A stretch of DNA of 25,053 bases, from the IMG/VR virus record IMGVR_UViG_3300034279_000147, positions 1 through 25,053 of that record; one strand, 5' to 3'. Source of the stretch: a virus (lineage: Duplodnaviria > Caudoviricetes). Each line of letters opens with the position of its first letter. Position 1 is the stretch's first letter. The notes beneath the pieces are model-generated. The model had not been told where the DNA came from. It was given only the letters and a program-made list of their open reading frames with translations, and ran no database searches. Below, piece after piece: positions 16,057 through 24,396 of the stretch. Position numbers and translations under genes: made by a program.

Positions 16057-16670
16057 GCGACGAGAAGCTGAACGCCAACTCCACACTCGACAAAGTGCTC
16101 GGGTATGTGGACTCGCCGTTCAAGCTGTTTGCCATCCTCATCATGGGCGTGGTGGCCTTCTCTGGCTACTTCCTATGGCAGAACCAAGAATTCATGTTTG
16201 ACGCCTACAAGGAGTCCAAGAAGCTGCCTGAGATCAACACTGGCCGCGCAGATGACGCCAGCTCGATGCTGTTTAAAAAGACTGGCGCAACCGTGGTGGC
16301 CATCTTCAAGGTCAACCCGCTGTTTGGCAGCCGGGTGCTGTACCGGGCGTACACCAAGGATGGACGGGATAAGTCCGTGGAAGACATCGACGTGGGCCTG
16401 TTCAGCCAGAATGCGTCCAACAATGCTGACATTATCAAGTTGATGACCAACGAGATTCCTTGCGGCGAGTACCGATACGCGCAGTCTGAAGTGGGCCTGT
16501 GGTACATCGAAAAGGGTGTTGGGTTTACTTGCCGCGTGAGCGTGCCGCCAGACAGCCACCGATTTGTGGGCCAGATCACCGTGGGGTGGACGCAGCAGCC
16601 TGAGAACCTTGAGCAGATAAAATTCATGCTGGAGATTGCCAGCGCTATGCTGACGAAAAGGGGAAACTGA
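16053..16670 (+). CDS. Putative T4 gpT-like holin (one TM plus periplasmic GAF-like domain)
   Basis: One TM followed by WQNQEFMFDAYKESK, GATVVAIFKVNP and FVGQITVGW; size and topology recall T4 holin T. Confidence 0.5.
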   Translation: MSDEKLNANSTLDKVLGYVDSPFKLFAILIMGVVAFSGYFLWQNQEFMFDAYKESKKLPEINTGRADDASSMLFKKTGATVVAIFKVNPLFGSRVLYRAYTKDGRDKSVEDIDVGLFSQNASNNADIIKLMTNEIPCGEYRYAQSEVGLWYIEKGVGFTCRVSVPPDSHRFVGQITVGWTQQPENLEQIKFMLEIASAMLTKRGN

Positions 16671-17176
16671 TGAATGACATTCTTGCAGGACTGCTTAAAA
16701 ATGTGGCACCAATGCTGGCCACTGCTGTTACTGGCCCTCTGGGTGGCATGGCGGTCAAGGCAATCGCTGAGAAGCTGGGTGTCGAGGATACGGTTGAGGC
16801 GGTCACGCAGGCCATCCAAGCAGACCCTGAAGCGGCTGCGAAACTTGCGGAAATCGACGTGAAGAAGTTCGAGCTGCACAACGCCAATACCGCCAGCGCC
16901 CGGGACATGAACGCCAAGATTCAGGAGTCCTCCGTGGCTTCCGTGCTGGCCAAGAACGTGGCGTACATCATCGACATGATGATTGTCGGCGGGGCGCTGT
17001 TCATGACGTTCATCATCTTCTTCAAGGGCGTGCCGGATGCCAACAAGGCGCTGGCCTACACTGCGCTGGGCTCCCTGTGGACGCTGGCCGGTACGGTGCT
17101 GAACTTCCACCGTGGAAGTTCCCAAGGCTCCAAAGACAAAGCTGACGAAATTCAAAAACTCAAGGACATGAAATGA
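16670..17176 (+). CDS. Holin-like membrane protein (GTA 3TM-holin-like)
   Basis: AP.LATA..GPLGG.A N-terminus, SARD motif, two C-terminal TM helices and F..GSSQGSK.K; directly upstream of the endolysin. Confidence 0.65.
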   Translation: MNDILAGLLKNVAPMLATAVTGPLGGMAVKAIAEKLGVEDTVEAVTQAIQADPEAAAKLAEIDVKKFELHNANTASARDMNAKIQESSVASVLAKNVAYIIDMMIVGGALFMTFIIFFKGVPDANKALAYTALGSLWTLAGTVLNFHRGSSQGSKDKADEIQKLKDMK

Positions 17177-17772
17177 TTACCGCTGAACAGCTCAAAGAAC
17201 TGCACATCGACGACGACTGGTTGGAGCCTTTGAATGAGGCCTTCCAGCGGTACGAGATCAACACGCCCCTGCGGATGGCTGCTTTCATCGGCCAGTGCGC
17301 CCATGAGTCCGGCAACTTCAAGACCCTTCAAGAGAACCTGAACTACAGCGCAGAGAGCCTGTGCCGGGTTTGGCCAAGCCGATTCCCATCTCTGGAGGCT
17401 GCGCAGCCGTACCACCGCAACCCCGACAAGATCGCCAACAAGGTCTACGGCGGGCGCATGGGTAACGGCACCGAGGAGACCGGCGAGGGCAGCTTGTACA
17501 AAGGCCGTGGCCTCATCCAATTGACCGGCAAGGACAACTACACCCTGTGCGGCGATGCGCTGGGCGAGGACTTCATCCACTCTCCTGACCTGATCCTGTC
17601 CCCCAAGTACGCAGCACTGAGCGCGGCGTGGTATTGGAACAAGCGCGGCCTCAACAAAGAGGCGGACGCCAAGGACTACACTGGGATGACGAAAAAAATA
17701 AATGGTGGTGTTATTGGGTTGGATGACCGCATCAAACATATCAAGCACGCCCTAGAGGTGCTCTCTGCATGA
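17173..17772 (+). CDS. Endolysin, glycoside hydrolase family 19 (chitinase-like)
   Basis: AAFIGQCAHESGNF, ENLNYS, YKGRGLIQLTGKDNY, SAAWYW and TKKINGG.IGL.DR motifs. Confidence 0.92.
   Translation: MITAEQLKELHIDDDWLEPLNEAFQRYEINTPLRMAAFIGQCAHESGNFKTLQENLNYSAESLCRVWPSRFPSLEAAQPYHRNPDKIANKVYGGRMGNGTEETGEGSLYKGRGLIQLTGKDNYTLCGDALGEDFIHSPDLILSPKYAALSAAWYWNKRGLNKEADAKDYTGMTKKINGGVIGLDDRIKHIKHALEVLSA
17710..17769 (+). repeat. Copy 1 of the duplicated endolysin 3' end (VIGLDDRIKHIKHALEVLSA)
   Basis: 14 of 19 residues identical to the peptide encoded at 18429-18485. Confidence 0.85.
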
Positions 17773-18488
17773 CTGGCTTCTACACGTACCTGCACGTCCG
17801 CAAGTCGGATGGTAAGGTCTTTTACATTGGCAAAGGGCGCGGCCCCCGCGCACACTCCGCGCACGGGCGTAGTGAGTATTGGAAAAGAGTTGCTGCAAAG
17901 CACGGCTTTCAAGCTGAAGTTGTAGCGCACTGGACGACGGAAGAAGAAGAAGCATTTCTGCATGAGCGCTTTTTAATCTCTTGCTTTGCAGACATGAAGG
18001 TGCCATTGGTAAACCTGACGCTTGGCGGAGAAGGTGCTTCAGGGTCCAAGCACAGCACAGAAACGCGTCAAAAAATGTCGCTGGCGCATACAGGGAAAAA
18101 ACTCCCTCCAAAAAGTGCCGAGCACAGAGCCAAACTTTCAAAAGCCCAAACCGGGAAATCGCCGGGAAACAAAGGGTTGAGCCCTTCGGATGAGGTTCGC
18201 GCAAGACTTTCACTGGCCAAGATGGGGCGGAAAATTCCGCTTGAGACACGCCAAAAAATGTCTGCTGCCCACAAGGGTAGAAAGAAATCCCCAGAAACAC
18301 GCGCTCGGATGTCCGCATCCAGAATCGGGAAACCAATGTCGGATGCGACAAAAGCCAAACTTTCCGCCTTGGCAAAGGCTAGGGCGGAGGCCAAAAGACG
18401 ACTGATGACAAATAACCCCTCCCCTGAGATAATCGGCCTCGAAGACCGCATCAAGCACATCAACCACGCGTTGGCAGTGCTCACCTAA
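17769..18488 (+). CDS. Free-standing GIY-YIG-like homing endonuclease with NUMOD3 repeats
   Basis: FYTY...FYIGKG...R...E...N.T.GGEG nuclease domain; six (S/P).E.R.K(M/L)S.A..G(K/R)-type repeats; A-richer than flanking genes. Confidence 0.85.
   Translation: MTGFYTYLHVRKSDGKVFYIGKGRGPRAHSAHGRSEYWKRVAAKHGFQAEVVAHWTTEEEEAFLHERFLISCFADMKVPLVNLTLGGEGASGSKHSTETRQKMSLAHTGKKLPPKSAEHRAKLSKAQTGKSPGNKGLSPSDEVRARLSLAKMGRKIPLETRQKMSAAHKGRKKSPETRARMSASRIGKPMSDATKAKLSALAKARAEAKRRLMTNNPSPEIIGLEDRIKHINHALAVLT
18429..18488 (+). repeat. Copy 2 (probably original) of the endolysin 3' end, in frame at the end of the endonuclease
   Basis: Encodes IIGLEDRIKHINHALAVLT*, with C-ending codons like the body of the endolysin gene. 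Confidence 0.85.
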
Positions 18489-18497
18489 GAGGCCCAC

Positions 18498-20657
18498 ATG
18501 CCATTGCAAAAGCTACTGCTCCGCCCCGGGGTAAACCGAGAATCGACATCGCTGGCCAACGAAGGCACTTGGTTCGAGATGGACAAGGTGCGTTTCCGCT
18601 CGGGCTTTCCTGAGAAGATCGGCGGCTGGACAAAAGATTCCGGGACGGCCGAAGCAGCTTTGCAGCCACCAGCAGGCTCATACTGGGGCGTGGCACGCTC
18701 CTTGTGGAACTGGGTGACGCTGTCTGGCTTCAACCTGATGGGCGTTGGCACCAACCTGAAATACTACATCCAGCAGACTGCTGGCGGTGATTTCTACGAC
18801 ATCACACCGATTCGAGACACCAACACTATTGCCTCAAACGCCTTCACCACGGTCAACGGCTCCACGACGGTGGTGGTCAACGACGCAGGCTACAACGGGC
18901 AAACCGGCGACTTCGTGACAATCTCCGCTGTTGGTGGCGCGATCAACGGCATCCCGGCGGCAGCCTTGAACAAAGAGTTCAGGATCACATACATCAACTC
19001 CTCGACGTACAGCATCACGGTGTCGGCCCCTGCCACGTCTTCTGGAACCACTGGCGCTGCTGACTTCGCCTATCAAATCTCGACCGGCGGTGATATTTTT
19101 ACAGTGGGTGTTGGCTGGGGTGCTGGCGGATGGGGTGGTGCCACCACAATCTCCGCGCTGACAACGCTTAATGGTTCTTTGAGTTCAAGCGCCACGACCA
19201 TTACCGTAATCTCTACCACGGGGTTTGCTGCCTCGGGTGCGATTGGCATTGGTGGTGAGTACATCACTTACTCCGGCAAAACGGGCACCACATTCACGGG
19301 CTGTGTTCGCGGCGTGGGCAGTACTGCCATGGCGTACGCCTCTGGTACTACGGTGACCCAATACAGTGGCGCTACTGGTTGGGGCGAAGCGGCCCCTGCT
19401 GGTCTCGGTGTGGGTATTCAGCTTCGTTTGTGGAGCCAAGACAACTACGGCCAAGACCTCATCATCAACCCTCGCGGTGGTGCGCTGTACCTGTGGAAAG
19501 TCAATGCCACACCAACCATCTACGACCGGGCTGTGCTGCTGTCGTCCACGAGCCCAGCGCCCTACACAACTGACACGGATTGCCCGTCGGTGGCCAATGC
19601 CGTGGCGGTGTCCGATGCTTCGCGCTTTGTCATCGCCTTTGGCTGCAATGACTACGGATCGGCCGATCAGGACCCCCTGCTGATTCGCTGGTCTGACCAA
19701 GAAAACTACGCCCTGTGGACCCCGGATGCCACCAACCAAGCGGGCAGTTACCGCCTGAGCACCGGCTCGTCCATCGTGGCGCACCAGCAGACTCGTCAGG
19801 AAATCTTGGTCTGGACGGATGCGGCCGTGTACTCCATGCAGTACCTTGGCCCACCTTATGTCTGGGGCTTCCAGATCATGGGCGACAACACCTCGATTGC
19901 TGGCCCGAACGTCACTGCCACTGCATCCAACATCACGTACTGGATGGGTTTGGACAAGTTCTACATGTACTCCGGCCGAGTGGAGACGCTGTATTGCCCA
20001 CTGCGCCAGTACATCTTTGGCGACATCAACCTGCAGCAGCAGTATCAGTTCTTTGCTGGCACCAACGAAGGCTTCAACGAAATCTGGTGGTTCTACTGCT
20101 CGGCCAATTCGACGGCGATTGACCGCTACGTGGTTTACAACCACTTGGAGAAAATCTGGTCCTACGGCAATTTGGCTCGCACCGCGTGGCTGGACACACC
20201 CCTGCGCGACTTCCCCTCGGCCGCAGGCTACGATGGCCAGCTGATCTACCACGAAGACGGTGTGAACGACGCTACGACCAACCCGCCAAGCCCGATAAGC
20301 GCGTACATCCAGTCCGCAGACGCGAACATTGGCGATGGCCACAACTACGGTTTTGTCTGGCGCATGATCCCGGACGTCACCTTTGATGGCTCGACGGTCA
20401 ACAACCCGTCCGTCACCATGACGCTCAAACCTCGTCAGAACCCCGGCGCGAACTACAGCGCAGCCGCAACACCGACCGTGACCAGCACGCAGAACTACCA
20501 AGCGCAGCGCAACTACACCGTGCAGGAGTTCACCGAGATTGTTTACGTCCGGGTCCGTGGTCGCCAGATGGCGTTCCGCATCAGCTCTGACGGCTTGGGT
20601 GTGCAGTGGCAGCTGGGCGTTCCTTCGCTCGACATCCGTCCTGATGGACGCAGGTAA
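18498..20657 (+). CDS. Tail nozzle/stabilisation protein (P22 gp10 / T7 gp12-like role)
   Basis: 719 aa, beta-propeller-like Trp-rich repeats (LIRWSDQE, LVWTD, EIWWFY); lies before the ejection proteins. Confidence 0.7.
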   Translation: MPLQKLLLRPGVNRESTSLANEGTWFEMDKVRFRSGFPEKIGGWTKDSGTAEAALQPPAGSYWGVARSLWNWVTLSGFNLMGVGTNLKYYIQQTAGGDFYDITPIRDTNTIASNAFTTVNGSTTVVVNDAGYNGQTGDFVTISAVGGAINGIPAAALNKEFRITYINSSTYSITVSAPATSSGTTGAADFAYQISTGGDIFTVGVGWGAGGWGGATTISALTTLNGSLSSSATTITVISTTGFAASGAIGIGGEYITYSGKTGTTFTGCVRGVGSTAMAYASGTTVTQYSGATGWGEAAPAGLGVGIQLRLWSQDNYGQDLIINPRGGALYLWKVNATPTIYDRAVLLSSTSPAPYTTDTDCPSVANAVAVSDASRFVIAFGCNDYGSADQDPLLIRWSDQENYALWTPDATNQAGSYRLSTGSSIVAHQQTRQEILVWTDAAVYSMQYLGPPYVWGFQIMGDNTSIAGPNVTATASNITYWMGLDKFYMYSGRVETLYCPLRQYIFGDINLQQQYQFFAGTNEGFNEIWWFYCSANSTAIDRYVVYNHLEKIWSYGNLARTAWLDTPLRDFPSAAGYDGQLIYHEDGVNDATTNPPSPISAYIQSADANIGDGHNYGFVWRMIPDVTFDGSTVNNPSVTMTLKPRQNPGANYSAAATPTVTSTQNYQAQRNYTVQEFTEIVYVRVRGRQMAFRISSDGLGVQWQLGVPSLDIRPDGRR

Positions 20658-20660
20658 GCC

Positions 20661-20972
20661 ATGGCTCAGAAAAACGTCAAAGCCCCCTTCCTGCCGGTCG
20701 CTCCGGTAGAATACAACGCGCAGTTCATTAACCAGCTGACGAGCGTTTTGAGGCTGTATTTCAACCAGCTGGATAACGCCGGACCCATGACTGCGGCAAC
20801 GCAGCGAACTGGCGGCAACATTGTGGCGGCGCTGAGCTTTATCCAGCCCGACCCCGCAAACCCGAATACGTTCACGCTTAGCTTGCCAAGTCAGGCGGAT
20901 TTGAGTAACCTCCGAGTGGGCGACGTCTACTATGACAGCACTGCCGGGAACGTCTTGAAAGTCAAAACATGA
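20661..20972 (+). CDS. Small tail-associated protein
   Basis: AP.LP.AP.EY...QL..VLRLYFNQLD N-terminus, L..GDVYYD...LKVK C-terminus; follows the nozzle gene. Confidence 0.7.
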   Translation: MAQKNVKAPFLPVAPVEYNAQFINQLTSVLRLYFNQLDNAGPMTAATQRTGGNIVAALSFIQPDPANPNTFTLSLPSQADLSNLRVGDVYYDSTAGNVLKVKT

Positions 20973-22798
20973 GCCTACAACTTGCCGCACAACATCTGGC
21001 CTCCCGTGGCCGTGGCCCAGACACCACTTTGGTCCACATGGCTCCACAAGAAGTGGCTGGCCTGCAGGCGCTTGCCAAGGCCCACGGCGGCTCCCTGACC
21101 GTCAACCCTGACACGGGTTTGGCCGAAGCTGGCTTCCTGTCGAGCATCCTGCCCATGGTGGCGGGCGCGGCTTTGGCCGCCACAGGTGTCGGCGCTCCTA
21201 TGGCTGCACTGATGGTTGGCGGCGGTATGACCGTGGCCACCGGCAGCTTGCAAAAAGGTCTGATGGCAGGTCTGGGCGCATACGGCGGAGCTGGTCTGGC
21301 TGGTGGTTTGATGGGTGCGGGTGCTGCTGGTGCTGCTGGTGCTGCTGGTGCTGCTGGTGCTGCTGGTGCTGCAGGCACAGGTTTGAGTGCTCTGGACGCA
21401 GGTATGGGTCTTATGCCGACCGGAACTATTGGTGCTGCCGAGGCTGTTGGTGCAAGCGCTTTGGATGCGGGCATGGGCGTTATGCCGACAGGTAACATTG
21501 GCGCAAGCGCTTTAGACGCTGGTATGGGCGCGTACCCCAACGCCAACTTGGCTGCTGCACCGATTAACCCAACCATTCAAGCTGATCTGGCTGTTAAAAA
21601 CGCAGTACCCACCCTTACAAAAGCCCCAGCAACTTTTACCGAAAACCTCTCTCAGATGGGTAGCGGAGTTCAAAACCTTGGGTCGGAGGCCGGTCGGACG
21701 GCGTTCATGGATAAAGTCGGCGGTGGGATGGGGTTAACCAAATACGGCTTGGCGGGGTTTGCCCCCGTTATGGCTGAGTCAATGAAGCCAAAAACCCTCC
21801 CCGAAAAAGAGAAGCTCAAAGCGTACGAGTACGAGTTCAGCCTCAACCCCACCGGGGCGGCTTCCGGCTACAGACCCATCGGCTCCCCTTCTGGGTACGA
21901 CAGCAGCGAGATGCAGCATTTTGATCCGCGCTTTGTTCGCAAAGCTGCCGGTGGTGGCCTGATGGACATCGGCCCAATCGAAGCCATGTCGAACCGCAAT
22001 CAAGCCGAGACCCTGATGGCCAACGGCGGGCAGATGTTTGCCGAAGGCGGAGAGACCAAAGCAGTCAAACCCGTCGAGCAAGACCCGTACTACACCATGA
22101 CGGGCCAATCCGGTGATGTGTTTAAGTATTTGATGGGCCAAGGAAGCGCCCCTACTGCGCCTGTTCGGGCTGTACCTGTTGCCGTTGCTCCAGAACAGGC
22201 CGCTGTACAAGCTGCGCCTGCTCCAGCCAAAACAGGTTTGTCGGGCTTGTCCGGCCGCTTGTTTGCTGGACTTGGCCAAACCCCAAGTTCCGAAGACCAA
22301 GGAGCAGGCGGTTACTACGAAGACGACACCAGCGGTCGCAGGGACTATACGTTCGACCCTAATCTGGGCGGCTTTAGGGCAGCGCCTGTCCCCAAAAGGT
22401 TTGTGCCGTACGAAGCGGACACAACGACAGCAATGCCCGGACTGAGCTACGAGAACATGAACGGCGGCATGGCCAACGGCGGCATTGCATCTCTGGCCCA
22501 AGGTGGCGTAAGCCATCTGGGCGATTACTCAGACGGCGGTCGTCTTTTGAAAGGTCCCGGTGATGGCGTATCTGACTCCATTCCTGCTTCGATTGGCGAC
22601 AAGCGCCCGGCGCGTCTTGCTGATGGTGAGTTCGTGGTGCCTGCTCGTATCGTTTCTGAGTTAGGCAATGGCTCGACTGAAGCTGGCGCACGCAAGCTGT
22701 ACGCCATGATGGACCGGGTGCAAAGCGCACGCAAGAAGTCGATTGGCAAAAACCGTGTGGCCGTTAACAGCCGCGCAGAAAAAATGCTCCCAGCATGA
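20969..22798 (+). CDS. Putative DNA-ejection / internal virion protein
   Basis: GRGPDT.LVHM.P.EV...NP.TGL.EA N-terminus and long G/A hydrophobic stretch. Multiple xxxGG motifs and a C-terminal GPGDG.SDSIPA...LADGEFV domain. Confidence 0.65.
   Translation: MSLQLAAQHLASRGRGPDTTLVHMAPQEVAGLQALAKAHGGSLTVNPDTGLAEAGFLSSILPMVAGAALAATGVGAPMAALMVGGGMTVATGSLQKGLMAGLGAYGGAGLAGGLMGAGAAGAAGAAGAAGAAGAAGTGLSALDAGMGLMPTGTIGAAEAVGASALDAGMGVMPTGNIGASALDAGMGAYPNANLAAAPINPTIQADLAVKNAVPTLTKAPATFTENLSQMGSGVQNLGSEAGRTAFMDKVGGGMGLTKYGLAGFAPVMAESMKPKTLPEKEKLKAYEYEFSLNPTGAASGYRPIGSPSGYDSSEMQHFDPRFVRKAAGGGLMDIGPIEAMSNRNQAETLMANGGQMFAEGGETKAVKPVEQDPYYTMTGQSGDVFKYLMGQGSAPTAPVRAVPVAVAPEQAAVQAAPAPAKTGLSGLSGRLFAGLGQTPSSEDQGAGGYYEDDTSGRRDYTFDPNLGGFRAAPVPKRFVPYEADTTTAMPGLSYENMNGGMANGGIASLAQGGVSHLGDYSDGGRLLKGPGDGVSDSIPASIGDKRPARLADGEFVVPARIVSELGNGSTEAGARKLYAMMDRVQSARKKSIGKNRVAVNSRAEKMLPA
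21320..21373 (+). repeat. 9-bp tandem repeat (GGTGCTGCT)x5 plus 1 variant, encoding (GAA)6
   Basis: Directly visible; followed by three SALDAGMG peptide repeats. Confidence 0.95.
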
Positions 22799-23292
22799 AC
22801 ACACCAGAATTTGATCGTCTGAACAAGCACGTCCCACTGTTTGGCCAATTCCTCAAGGGGGATGCCGAGGCCGTGCAGTTTGTTGTTCGCGTCTTCCGCG
22901 CCCTGCACGTCTGGGACGATCTGATCGACAAAGATAAACCAGTAGCAGATGATGAGATTCACGCTGTGTTCTGGGACCTGCTGATCGGCTTGCCCGCCGA
23001 CAAGTTCTATCAGGCGCATCTCGGGCTGCTCAGCAGCACGCTGGTCAACGCCGTGGTGAATTGGCATATTGCCAACAAGCTGGAGCGCGAAGGCAACGAG
23101 AAGGACCGCTCGATTGCATTCATCTTGCGCGGCGCGTACATCGACGTGCTGTCAGCTTCCGCCCTGATTGTGGGTGGCTTGGACTGGGCGCGAGAGATTG
23201 GCCCGGACATCCGCCGCTGGGCACACGAAGAGACCTTCGAACAATACCTGAACAACTTTGCCAAAGAATGCGAGGCACGCAATGATAATTAA
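22795..23292 (+). CDS. All-helical protein with a DDxxD motif; putative isoprenoid synthase-fold / prenyltransferase-like enzyme
   Basis: HVWDDLIDKD (22906-22935) lies at the end of a helix; the gene overlaps both neighbours. The CDS is secure but the function is inferred. Confidence 0.5.
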   Translation: MNTPEFDRLNKHVPLFGQFLKGDAEAVQFVVRVFRALHVWDDLIDKDKPVADDEIHAVFWDLLIGLPADKFYQAHLGLLSSTLVNAVVNWHIANKLEREGNEKDRSIAFILRGAYIDVLSASALIVGGLDWAREIGPDIRRWAHEETFEQYLNNFAKECEARNDN

Positions 23293-24388
23293 GTCCAAAG
23301 CCGAAGGCTATTCCAGAGACGGTATCCGCCTGTATCCATGCGACGACGGCGGCGGCGGCGGCGGCGGTGCTCCCGCCACCCAAACCGTAAAACAAGACCT
23401 GCCTGATTGGGCAATTCCGTACGCGCAAGAAGTTTTGGGTATGGGCAAGCAGCTCGGCCCCGCAGTCTATGACGAGTCCGGCAAGTTGGTGAGCGGCACC
23501 CCGTACGAAAGATACACAGGTGCGCGTCAAGCGCAGTTCACACCACTGCAGCAGCAGGCTTTTCAGGGCGCTGGCGCTATGGCCCCCTCTGCGGCAACAG
23601 GTGAGGCCGTTACTCGGGCGCTGGGTACATCCTACGACCCCTACGCCACTGGGCAGTTCGGTGCGCAGGCCAGCCAGTACATGGACCCCTACATGCAGAA
23701 CGTGGTGGGCATCCAGCAGCGCGAAGCCGCTCGGGCGTCCGAGATGCAGCGTAACCAAAACCAAGCCGGTGCCGTTCAGTCAGGCGCTTTTGGCGGTTCA
23801 CGCCAAGCCATCATGGAAGCGGAGCGCCAGCGCAATCTGGCTACGCAGCAAGGTGACATCCAAGCCCGTGGCTTGCAGGATGCTTACGGCCGTGGCCAGA
23901 ATCAGTTCAACACGGAGAACCAGCTGCGTGAGCAGTCCCGCCAGTACGGCGCGGGGCTCGGCCTTCAAGGTCTCCAGACCGCCCTCACAGGTGCTGGCCA
24001 ACAGTTCACGCAAGGCATGGACATCAACAAGCTGCAGGCAGGCTACGGCACGCAGCAGCAGCAACAGGTGCAGTCGGGCTTGACCCAGCAGTACGAAGAT
24101 TTTTTGGCGCAAAAGAAAGCGCCATACCAGCAGTTGGAGTTCCAATCCAACTTGCTGCGCGGCACGCCGTCCGGCTCGACCCAAACCATGTATACGCCCG
24201 GCCCAAGTGCCAGCTCACAGCTTCTTGGCGCAGGTACAGCTTTGGGCGGCGCATACCTTATGGGTGGACGGGCCAATGGCGGCGTTGTCAGCAGCTACGC
24301 CAAGGGCGGCAAAGTGTCTGACGCCAAGGTCAAGCGCGAGAAGAAAAAATCGGCAGGTCTGGCTGAGTTGGCCCTGTCTAAAATCTGA
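23282..24388 (+). CDS. Putative DNA-ejection (pilot) protein
   Basis: GAGG RBS before ATG 23282. 20-aa leader followed by a Gly run, Q-rich body, GAFGGSR motif and C-terminal hydrophobic LLGAGTALGGAYL. Confidence 0.7.
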   Translation: MIIKSKAEGYSRDGIRLYPCDDGGGGGGGAPATQTVKQDLPDWAIPYAQEVLGMGKQLGPAVYDESGKLVSGTPYERYTGARQAQFTPLQQQAFQGAGAMAPSAATGEAVTRALGTSYDPYATGQFGAQASQYMDPYMQNVVGIQQREAARASEMQRNQNQAGAVQSGAFGGSRQAIMEAERQRNLATQQGDIQARGLQDAYGRGQNQFNTENQLREQSRQYGAGLGLQGLQTALTGAGQQFTQGMDINKLQAGYGTQQQQQVQSGLTQQYEDFLAQKKAPYQQLEFQSNLLRGTPSGSTQTMYTPGPSASSQLLGAGTALGGAYLMGGRANGGVVSSYAKGGKVSDAKVKREKKKSAGLAELALSKI

Positions 24389-24396
24389 GGTAAGCC

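Noticed and set aside
17710-18428. Group I intron in the endolysin (the putative exon ends in U and the insert ends in G)
   Set aside because: The insert is fully occupied by the duplicated gene end and the endonuclease ORF, leaving no visible room for a ribozyme core. The endolysin is already complete without splicing.
19185-21047. 620-aa minus-strand ORF, and other long antisense ORFs such as 10679-11563, 11493-12368 and 16205-17155
   Set aside because: These are shadows of codon-biased + strand genes. They have no recognisable motifs, and the + strand is fully tiled with coupled genes.
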